Assembly (NCBI GenBank): GCA_963751455.1
Contig: CAVVUN010000009.1
Span: 224,001 to 288,000, forward strand
Direction of reading: 5' to 3'
Length of the DNA stretch: 64,000 nucleotides
Source: Nitrospirota bacterium
GTDB lineage: Bacteria; Nitrospirota; UBA9217
The notes under the pieces are model-generated. The model did no database searches. It had not been told where the DNA came from and saw nothing but the letters and a program-made list of their open reading frames with translations. A program made the translations under genes and the position numbers. Of the stretch, positions 56,011 to 64,000 are shown piece after piece; position 1 is the stretch's first letter, and each line of letters starts with the position of its first letter.

Positions 56011-56625
56011 TGGCGGGTGCAACGAGATAACCGGTGAGAGCAATCCCGCGCCTTTCCACCCCCGGCTCCCGCCGGGGGTGGAAAGCGCTCACTCGCGCGA
56101 GGCCCGATGAGCCTCGCGTTCGCGAGTTCGCAGTTCCGGGAGGTCGCGTTGTTTGAGGGAGCCACCGGCTCCTGCCGGTGAGGGCTCCACTGCCGCCTGC
56201 CGGCGGTATAATGACGATTGCAAGAATTGCAGCTATAACATAGGGAAGCCTATTCTTCTTCGAACCGTCAGAATCGTTGGAGTGTTTAGCGTACAGATTC
56301 CTTCTCGAGAAGACCGAGCGTCAGAATATCCGCGAGTTCGAACAAGCTTCCCTCGGGACACAGCCCGCCGCAGAATAACCGCCCCGTCAAGTGCCCGGAA
56401 CGTCATAAGAAGATTAGGGCGGAAGGAAAGCAAATTGCAAAATGCAAATTTAATTTACCACGAAGACTAGAAGGCACGAAGAAAGACAAATCATTGACAA
56501 GCAAAATGCAAATAATTTCGGCCGCAAAATTTAAATCTTTATTCTTGCGCTTTCTGCGCATCTTTGCGGCTGAAATGCCTTTATTCCAGCTTGTCTGGTT
56601 TGCGGCTAATAGGACCGTGGTTCGT

Positions 56626-57015
56626 CTAATCGGATTTGACTACGCTTTTCTGCTGCAAGGACTTGAAGATCATATCGAGAACGTCCTTTTGTTTTCCCTC
56701 AAACTTGTTCAGCACAGCCAGGCAGCTTCCCATGGGAAACCGCTGATGCAGATAATCGGCATCGCGGCCTGAAAGGATAATGATCCGGTTCTTATTGATT
56801 CCCTTTGATGTGGCATACGAGAGAACTTTTCCGCCGTCAAGGCCGGGCATTTCAAGATCAACCAGCAGGAGGTCGAGGTCATTCGTGATCAATACGAGGC
56901 ATTTTATAGGATCATTGCAGGTGATAACATCAAGTCCCGGATAACGCTCCTCAACATATTCCTCAAGAATTCTTGAGAATGCCGGATCATCGTCGATTAA
57001 TAAAATCTTTCCCAT
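56626..57015 (-). CDS. Single-domain response regulator
   Basis: ILLIDDD, VDLEMPGLDG, ILSG, LNK. Confidence 0.85.
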   Translation of the reverse strand: MGKILLIDDDPAFSRILEEYVEERYPGLDVITCNDPIKCLVLITNDLDLLLVDLEMPGLDGGKVLSYATSKGINKNRIIILSGRDADYLHQRFPMGSCLAVLNKFEGKQKDVLDMIFKSLQQKSVVKSD

Positions 57016-57074
57016 GAGTGGTTCCTTTTAAAAAGAATGGCTAAGCAAGGGGCAATGTACTACTTTTGTATTCT

Positions 57075-57340
57075 TTAGGCAAGTATAATTAGAGCGAAGG
57101 CAGGAACTGCGAGGATCAAAGAGGATGCGGCCCACCACTGCGATTCAGGGTCGCTGCTCTTTCTTCTTTTTGCGGCAAGAATGGCGGCAGCAAGGCCGGC
57201 GAGGACACTGGCAAAGGCGATCACGACCGCGACCAATCCGCGCATGCGGCAAGTGAGCACATTGCCGGGATTGCGACCACGACAAAGAAGACAGTCGGTG
57301 AAACAGCGGGCAGTAGTATGTGTCGGATGAGAGGGGACAT
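57075..57340 (-). CDS. Small hypothetical membrane protein (frameshifted)
   Basis: Hydrophobic ORF pieces; probable ATG at 57340. Confidence 0.45.
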
Positions 57341-57419
57341 ACGTAACCCTTCAGAGGGCGGCTTTAACGCACGGGTGGACCGGCCGGTGAGCATTTTTGT
57401 ACGGCCTGTGCCTTTGCTT

Positions 57420-57569
57420 CTTTGTGTTATGAAAAGCGAACACGTAATCAGGCCATTCAGGCCGTGAAAGAATTCGGTGGGAACCGGCGGTTTATCGTTT
57501 GATAGACCAGCCGATATGAAGGAGTGCCGTCAGGACGTTACGGGCTTTGGAGGAGGGCCATTGGCTCAT
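57420..57569 (-). pseudogene. hicA: HicA toxin pseudogene
   Basis: Manual translation MSQWPSSKARNVLTALLHIGWSIKR*TAGSHRIL..PDYVFAFH; premature TAA and truncated 3' end. Confidence 0.75.
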
Positions 57570-57766
57570 GCAGGCAGCGCAAAAAGCTCATCAAGTTCGG
57601 GAATGTTCTCCCCGTGATCCAGCCGATCTGCTATGATACGCAGTGCCAGTGCTTCAACTTTGGCAATTGCTTCTTCTCGTGTCTTTCCGTAAGCTAAAAC
57701 ACCCGGAAGATCAGAAACCTCGGCAATCCAACGACCATCTTCTTCTTTTTCAATATCTATCTTCAT
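57566..57766 (-). CDS. hicB: HicB-family antitoxin
   Basis: EEDGRWIAEVSDLPGVLAYGKTREEA; ATGA overlap with hicA. Confidence 0.85.
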   Translation of the reverse strand: MKIDIEKEEDGRWIAEVSDLPGVLAYGKTREEAIAKVEALALRIIADRLDHGENIPELDELFALPA

Positions 57767-57878
57767 TCTATTCTCCTCTGATGATAAATTTATCTGAATA
57801 TGGCGCTGATTGCAAGTCTAAATTTATCGTGGGCGGAGCGGCTTTTACACCTGGCTCGATCCGGATGAGACGACAAAA

Positions 57879-58460
57879 TTACGATTTAACCGCATAAGTT
57901 CCCTTGGGACTTAATGCACGCTTGTAATCTGAAATCGAGTGATATCCGTTCGCCGCAAGAATCAGGTCGTAACGCTGCCCATTTTGGGTGAAATCTTCTC
58001 TGGTGTAATCAATGACCTGGTCTGCGCCAATCGAGCGCACCATATCCAAATTCCTCGTACTGCACACGCCAGTCACTTTAGCTCCGAACGATTTGGCAAT
58101 CTGTACCGCAAACGTACCAACACCACCAGACGCACCATTAATCAAAACCTTTTGCCCTGGCTGAATCTGTCCTTTATCGCGAAGACCATGTAGGGCGGTG
58201 ACTGCCGCCACAGGTACGACCGCTGCTTCCTCGAACGATATATTGGCCGGTTTCAACGCCAATGCATTTTCACGGCACATACATACTCGGCAAAACCGCC
58301 CAAACCGCACTCGAATAAGTCCCCGAATACCTCATCACCCGGCTGAAACTGCCTTACGTTTCTGCCTACTACTTCCACCCGCCCCGCTATGTCAGATCCG
58401 AGTATCTTGTATTTTGGTTTTAGAAGCCCAGAGTGCAGGCGGGCCAAGAACGGGTCAGTT
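57879..58460 (-). pseudogene. Internal fragment of an NAD(P)-dependent MDR oxidoreductase
   Basis: ILGSDIAG.VE, INGASGGVGTFAVQIAK; both ends missing; bounded by a REP at 58462. Confidence 0.8.
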
Positions 58461-58612
58461 GGTAGGTTGGGTAGAACGAAGTGAAACCCAACGCTTTTTA
58501 GTTTTCAGATTACTCACCAATTGCCGAAACATTAAATCTGTCGGGTTTCGCAGCAGCTCTACCCGACCTACGAACTAATTTGTCAACATCAAAGATTCGA
58601 CCCCATGACCAC

Positions 58613-58669
58613 GCATGACCACGTTAATCACCTTGTCCGATGTCAAGGGCAATCACTTTCTTGTTACGT
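58613..58669 (-). other. Degenerate integron attC site after the 991-aa cassette
   Basis: Minus strand ACGTAAC ... CCTTG/CAAGG hairpin ... GTCATGC (GTT changed to GTC); GTAAC is complementary to this cassette's start GTTAC. Confidence 0.5.
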
Positions 58670-58682
58670 TATTCTTACTACA

Positions 58683-61658
58683 TTAATTCTCAGGCTTCTT
58701 GACTGCTAAAAAATGAACGCCAGGTTCTGGCGGCACTAACCACGCGCCAATGGCCTCACCCTCTGTTGGTTGATAGCGATATGACTGGTGAGATTGAGCT
58801 GATGCCCCAATCTTCCAGCCATAACCCATCGATTCAAGCGTAAGCAACGGAGAAAACACGGCGTCATCTGTATCAACTAGACTGCGTCCGTTAAGATGGA
58901 ACGGGGCAATGCCTACTTGAGTGGCTTGTTCAGCCGCCGATAAGTTTCTCTTGCTTACCAGAGTGACATTTCGAGCGCGGAGTGATTTTAGCGCATCTGC
59001 TATTTCAAATTCCAATGTCTTAGGCGACTGTTGGAGACCATTTGCTTTTATGTGGGTTGTTTTACTTAACAGCAACCTTCTCATATGCAACAAATCGACC
59101 TGGGATTCGTTAACAAAGTCAAAGAGAATATTTAGTGGAATGTCACGCGAGTAAGGAAGCAACCCAATTTCGATATACGTTTGCTGTTCATTTTGAATTG
59201 CCGGAATGCAATTGGCCGCCTCGGTAAGTAATTGCTCCATAACTCCATGACCAGGACTTACACAGCCCACTCCTGAAGCAGGAACCAGAAGGAACTTTCC
59301 ACTCGCTAAAAAAGATTTCGCCTCAGTAATGAGAAATTTCATAACATCATTGGGCAACCATGAAGCATACCCCATCGCCATAAAGCGATGTCGTCCCGTT
59401 TTCGATTTCAATTCAGACCCGAGCGTTAATAGGTACCCAGCACCCCAAGGCCCAAACCAATTTCCATCGACCATGTGAAGAAACTTTCCAGATTTGGTTG
59501 GTCCTTTCCACAACAATAAGGTGAAATCTGCATATAAAGACCACAGTCTAAGCGCCTGCCTGATGTCCTCCAGTGATCGCACTTCGATTGTTACATTCAA
59601 TGAGTGTGGAAACGCTTGCAAGTTTCGGAGAATTTGTGCAAAGCAACCGCGGCCCCAATAGTCATAATCGAGCGCTGCCGCATTATAGTCATCTGCGGTA
59701 TCTTCCCACCATTTGACAACAGGGGCTACGGTCAATGCGTTTGCCTCATGTAAACTTAAAATGGGTTCTTCGCTAGGGTTTTCTATTTCTGAATCGCCAA
59801 GATAACGAGAAAAGCCTCTCGCTCGTTCAAGGGTCTCCTTAAAGACGTTTGGCCCTTGTCCTATGAGCGATATGTCAATTATTCGTTTGCGAAGTTCGAT
59901 GTTTGCTTCGACCCGCTTTATATAGTTTTCCTTGATTTTGCATAGCTTTTCATCTTCAGTCAAGCATTCGCCCAATTTAGTCATTGCGCTTTGAAGGCTA
60001 TCGTTCTGTCCGAGCTGTGAAGAATAATTAGCGATCAATCCTAATATTTCTAAATGAATATCCATTGGCACACTAATGCGCCCGGCAACCAAATGATATG
60101 CTTCTTGCGCCAATTCTAAAGCACGCTCAGTTTGCCCTTTGTCTGCAAGTGCCTCTGCCAAATTCATCTTAGCCATAAAGGAAGAATCGACCTCGGAGGC
60201 AAGATCTACGGCTATTTCAGCTTTTTCCACAGCTGTAGCTAAATCGCCTAACTGCCGCGAGATCACAGAAACCAACTGTGTAGTAGCGAACGTAATAGGC
60301 TCAGTCTCTGGTGACACAGCAATGTTCAAGAGTGATTTTGCTTTCTGTAGCGCCTCCTCAAGTCGTCCAGCTTGAAAGTTAACCAAAGCCACCGTGTAAA
60401 GTACGCCGGGTAGAAAGGCCTTACGTGTATCTGTTGAAACTTTGTCAGCTAAACGCAATGCCGCTTCAGACGCGGCTACTGCTGTACTATGACGTTTGGC
60501 GTGTGATGAATTATTTGCAACATTAATCAATTGCCCTGCAATACGCAGGGAGAGAAAGCTGTTACGCGCCGAAGCTTCCAACTCATGAATTCGAGATATA
60601 GCCGCATCTTCATCGCCTGACTTCACTGCCCAGTGAATCCCAGCGTTAAGGGCTGCTTGAAAAACCTCACCGTCAAGCATATCGGGATTGCGCTTTGCAT
60701 ATGTCTCAGCTAAGTTGAGATGCTCCTCGGCCTCACTAGAGCGGTTCGCATTGCACAGAAGATGTACGTACTCTGAACGGGCGACGCATAGTTGTTCGTC
60801 ACAACGCTCGATATTTGCAGGTAGGCTGGCCAATGCAATTGCTTCCAGATATGCAGATTCGGCCCCGTGAAAATCGCGCTTTTCCTCTAGATACGCACCA
60901 CGCGCTCGATGGTACATCACTAAAACGGGCACTTCCGTAATATCTTTATGCAAGGACTCAAGCCGTTGAAAGTAATATCCGCGATCACCTATGCCACCTC
61001 GGGCAGACGAAAGTAAGGATAGGCCAATTAGTACTTCAGCCTGTAAATGGACGAGCTTCTCAGTCTCAGCTATCACAAGTGCCTCTTCCATTGCCTCAAA
61101 TGCCTTACGTCTTTTGTCTTGATTGGCTAGTTCGGTCGCTCGCTTCAATAAAGAGCGTATTTTTGACTCAATTTGATTTGGCGATTTGGAAATTCCAAAT
61201 AGAGAAGATAGCTTCTCCGTCGTTAATTTTTCCAGTCGTTCCCATAGACCGTCAATTCCAAGGGCCTCGACACGAACGTCTGGGTTCACAGCGCTCAGCC
61301 GCGCTAATGTCTTTGCTGTAAGGTGCCCAACCTTGCCATCAGCGCTATTGTGAATAAACGTCCATACTTTGAGAGAACTACCAAGAGTGTCTTTTGCCTT
61401 ATTGAAGTCGGCTGCGACCTTGGAGGCCGTGCTACTATCAGTAGTGAGGCTAGGCGGGGCATAGAGTTGATAAACTCTTCCTTCTTTCAATGCCAACCCG
61501 TCGATGCCACCATCACCTCTTGTTACACGAATTGCCAAGAAGCAGTCTTCGCCGTGAAGAGCAATCGCAATTTTTTCAAACCAGTTTTGGAAGGCTTCCC
61601 CGTGAACACTGCGGAACTCTTCTCGATATTTAAGTTTAATGCCTTGTTCTAAGTCCAT
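58683..61658 (-). CDS. 991-aa protein: N-terminal restriction-endonuclease-like domain, TPR-like array, unknown C-terminal domain
   Basis: AFQNWF...GDGGIDG...YQLYAP...WTFIHN; about 420 aa of Ala/Glu/Leu-rich helical repeats; GGAG/GCGG upstream. Confidence 0.7.
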   Translation of the reverse strand: MDLEQGIKLKYREEFRSVHGEAFQNWFEKIAIALHGEDCFLAIRVTRGDGGIDGLALKEGRVYQLYAPPSLTTDSSTASKVAADFNKAKDTLGSSLKVWTFIHNSADGKVGHLTAKTLARLSAVNPDVRVEALGIDGLWERLEKLTTEKLSSLFGISKSPNQIESKIRSLLKRATELANQDKRRKAFEAMEEALVIAETEKLVHLQAEVLIGLSLLSSARGGIGDRGYYFQRLESLHKDITEVPVLVMYHRARGAYLEEKRDFHGAESAYLEAIALASLPANIERCDEQLCVARSEYVHLLCNANRSSEAEEHLNLAETYAKRNPDMLDGEVFQAALNAGIHWAVKSGDEDAAISRIHELEASARNSFLSLRIAGQLINVANNSSHAKRHSTAVAASEAALRLADKVSTDTRKAFLPGVLYTVALVNFQAGRLEEALQKAKSLLNIAVSPETEPITFATTQLVSVISRQLGDLATAVEKAEIAVDLASEVDSSFMAKMNLAEALADKGQTERALELAQEAYHLVAGRISVPMDIHLEILGLIANYSSQLGQNDSLQSAMTKLGECLTEDEKLCKIKENYIKRVEANIELRKRIIDISLIGQGPNVFKETLERARGFSRYLGDSEIENPSEEPILSLHEANALTVAPVVKWWEDTADDYNAAALDYDYWGRGCFAQILRNLQAFPHSLNVTIEVRSLEDIRQALRLWSLYADFTLLLWKGPTKSGKFLHMVDGNWFGPWGAGYLLTLGSELKSKTGRHRFMAMGYASWLPNDVMKFLITEAKSFLASGKFLLVPASGVGCVSPGHGVMEQLLTEAANCIPAIQNEQQTYIEIGLLPYSRDIPLNILFDFVNESQVDLLHMRRLLLSKTTHIKANGLQQSPKTLEFEIADALKSLRARNVTLVSKRNLSAAEQATQVGIAPFHLNGRSLVDTDDAVFSPLLTLESMGYGWKIGASAQSHQSYRYQPTEGEAIGAWLVPPEPGVHFLAVKKPEN

Positions 61659-61740
61659 CCGCTCTCCATGACGTATTTAGTCTATACATCTATACTGTAA
61701 AAAGCGCTTCAACGCTAATGTTCATCGTCAGCACAGGGAG

Positions 61741-61799
61741 GGGTAACATGCGGATGTGGGGCGTGATTCTCAACGACCCTTACGATCCGCTTGTTATGC
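61741..61799 (-). other. Integron attC site (59 bp)
   Basis: Minus strand GCATAAC-aagcg-GATCGTAA...CCACATC-cgcat-GTTACCC. The opposite strand folds with an extrahelical G, and the upstream gene's TAA stop lies in R''. Confidence 0.85.
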
Positions 61800-63581
61800 C
61801 TGCTCGATAAATAGCTCTGAACCTCTTTTTATAGATCGGTTGAACATAATACCGATCTCGCCGGAATGAGCCTCGTCAACGCTTTTATCGTCTATTTGTA
61901 TAGACTTCACAACAGCTACCGCGTAGCTTGAATTCTTTTTTACAATTATCTTCATGTTTCTTGTGATATGAATTCTATTGATGTTTTTTACGATCGCAAT
62001 TTTCCCATCCTGATAGTATTCTTCGGGAACGCCAATGGAAATAAGGTTTTCGGGTTTTAATTCAATTAATCCCACTTGAAACAATTTATTGCGGACATGT
62101 TCCTTAGTTATTATGCCGTCTTCAACCATGAAGTATGCTTTGTACAACTCAAAAGTTGTTAATAGGCCACGCTTATCCAAAAGCGCATCTCCTATCTGGA
62201 CGTCTGAAAAAGGAGGATTAAGCCTGCTGTGAGGAGGTATATAACGCTGATGATTAACTATATACAGCCCAAAAACATCAAACCGATTTCTCTGCTCGGC
62301 TCTTCGAAATCTAATTTTGGATATCTGTGAGCAATCCTTGTCTGTGGATGTGCCACTGATGCCCTTAACCTCGATAACAAGAAGTCCTTTTTCATTTTCT
62401 ACTTGCAAATCCTCTTCCTTAATTTCTAATTCCAACTCGTCCATGTTTACGACGGATTCAAAGCCTAACCAGTTAAGAAAATATTCGACTGCCTTTACAA
62501 GCTTATCGCCGGTTTCAAATATAAGTTCATGAAGAAAGTGATATTTAATTCTATTTTCACTTAGCAATCTATCCAAATCATGAATATCTTTTTGATATTT
62601 CTCTTCGAGATTTTTCTTAGCCTCAATAAGGGCATTTTCACCAGGGAGTAAATATTCTCCACTTTTTAGCCATCCGAATTGACCATGAAATGGAAACAAT
62701 TCTGGGTAAATTTCGGGAAGATAAACGTTGAGTAGGTCAGAAAGAAATTTTCCCTTATTCTTGATATCGGGAAAAACTAAAATCAATCCTTCGTCATAAA
62801 AGTGACTAAAACTAATTATTTCCCCATTATCATTGACTAACAATGGCAAGAAAGATTTCATTTTCACATTCTTTCCATCTTTCCATTCTGTCGGATGGGA
62901 AAAAACTATATTATAGGTTGAGCCATCCAGATATTTTTCAAGAAGTGGAGACAATTTAGTCTCACTCTCCGGAAGTTTTATTTTATTACCAGACTTATTT
63001 TTCGAGGATGGTAAGCCACTATAGAAATCAAGATTTGAATATTCTTTTTCGCTCGTAACATTAGCATAACGGTCATTAATTTCTACGAATTGATAAGAAA
63101 CGCTCTCTTCTTGAGGAGAGAAGCATATGACGACAGACTCTTTTTTTAGTATTTCTGCAATTTCTTTGGCGATGACATAAATAGACAGAGGCCTCGGATC
63201 GAAAATCGTTTGCGGATATTTGCAAAGTAGAGCATGTGCTTTTTTGTCCTTTGTTCGGTCTATGCTGTGATCATTATCTTTATACTCAATACTTTTCTCT
63301 CTAGTCATATCAAAAATGACTATGTCAAACTCGTGAAGATTTGCAGGAATTCGATAATTGAGCAATAAGAAATGTTCAGAATGGCGTTCGTTATTTGGAA
63401 CTTTTACGCAGGTTCCGGTACTTGCCACCTCATGCTTAAAAAGGTTTGAACTTAGAAGCTTCGAGACGTCATCATCAGTATCAAATAAACATATCAATGG
63501 CCTTTCATGAGGAGATGCGCTTTGAACCTGAGCATCTTTTATTGTTCCCAAAGTGTCTTTCTTTTTTTTCGTTTTAAACAT
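61794..63581 (-). CDS. 595-aa protein: unknown N-terminal domain, coiled coil, PD-(D/E)XK nuclease, C-terminal EF-Tu-domain-II-like beta-barrel
   Basis: LGF...EEDLQV...VIEVKG; tail VKSIQIDDKSVDEAHSGEIGI; AT-rich. Confidence 0.7.
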   Translation of the reverse strand: MFKTKKKKDTLGTIKDAQVQSASPHERPLICLFDTDDDVSKLLSSNLFKHEVASTGTCVKVPNNERHSEHFLLLNYRIPANLHEFDIVIFDMTREKSIEYKDNDHSIDRTKDKKAHALLCKYPQTIFDPRPLSIYVIAKEIAEILKKESVVICFSPQEESVSYQFVEINDRYANVTSEKEYSNLDFYSGLPSSKNKSGNKIKLPESETKLSPLLEKYLDGSTYNIVFSHPTEWKDGKNVKMKSFLPLLVNDNGEIISFSHFYDEGLILVFPDIKNKGKFLSDLLNVYLPEIYPELFPFHGQFGWLKSGEYLLPGENALIEAKKNLEEKYQKDIHDLDRLLSENRIKYHFLHELIFETGDKLVKAVEYFLNWLGFESVVNMDELELEIKEEDLQVENEKGLLVIEVKGISGTSTDKDCSQISKIRFRRAEQRNRFDVFGLYIVNHQRYIPPHSRLNPPFSDVQIGDALLDKRGLLTTFELYKAYFMVEDGIITKEHVRNKLFQVGLIELKPENLISIGVPEEYYQDGKIAIVKNINRIHITRNMKIIVKKNSSYAVAVVKSIQIDDKSVDEAHSGEIGIMFNRSIKRGSELFIEQA

Positions 63582-63617
63582 TTTATCAAACCTCTATCAA
63601 CAATTTGCTCCGATAAC

Positions 63618-64000
63618 GAGTCTGTAGAAAAAGTCATTTTGCGAGAGATCTTTTTATCGCATCTCGTCTTTGATCCAACCTGTGTGCTCAGATTATCGGT
63701 TCGTTTTGATGATCTGCTTCGTGAGTGCCCCGGTTTCTATTCGGGTTGCCTTTCATTTACTGCTTTTTTGCTGCTCTTAACCATGCTTCTCACGCAAACC
63801 CCGGCCCGTATCGATGCACCTTCAGAAGATTGTGCACAATGCAGTAGAGCCGCCACTGGATGCTCACCTTCTTTTTCCCTCTGAGACTGAATCGATCCAG
63901 GCCGAGACTGGAACGGATGTCGGCAAAGACGGGTTCGACCGTCGCCATCCTTCTTCCATAGATCAGCTTGCCCGCTACCGAATCTATCTTCTCCCGCATC
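63618..64000 (-). mobile_element. 3' end of an IS1182-family element (transposase C-terminus at 63790-63999) abutting a cassette GTT core
   Basis: YGRRMATVEPVFADIR..LGLDRFSLRGKKKV..QWRLYCIVHNLLK; minus-strand end GACTTTTTCTACAGACTC directly followed by GTTATCG. Confidence 0.85.

Overview
This 64-kb bacterial chromosomal window has gene content suggesting Nitrospirota or a related anaerobic lineage (inference). A housekeeping core at about 12.4-55.4 kb carries recG, pilD with a sensor kinase/sigma54 regulator pair, ligA, nfo, mltD, queE, an NFACT/RqcH gene, ppx, archease-rtcB, a ybhGFSR-like efflux operon and rubredoxin. Many core genes, including essential ligA, are split by single-base frameshifts, most likely long-read indel errors. 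The left accessory region (0-12.3 kb) holds an IS-truncated fibre-like gene, a three-gene secreted module (Ig/RCC1 scaffold, small exported beta-sandwich protein, Zn phospholipase C/P1-nuclease-like enzyme split by an IS3 with a TTG target duplication), a RAYT remnant and toxin-antitoxin loci. The right accessory region (58.6-64 kb) is an integron-type cassette array read from the DNA itself: a canonical 59-bp attC, a degenerate attC, and an IS1182-like element sitting exactly at a GTT core. Its two large AT-rich cassettes encode uncharacterised PD-(D/E)XK-type nucleases, one with TPRs and one with an EF-Tu-domain-II-like barrel, and are candidate new anti-phage genes. A second candidate system is a PCuAC + His-rich beta-propeller with a CxxCH motif + ABC transporter cluster (27.5-31.4 kb). 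No tRNA, rRNA or CRISPR array was seen. All family calls are from motif recognition, not database searches.
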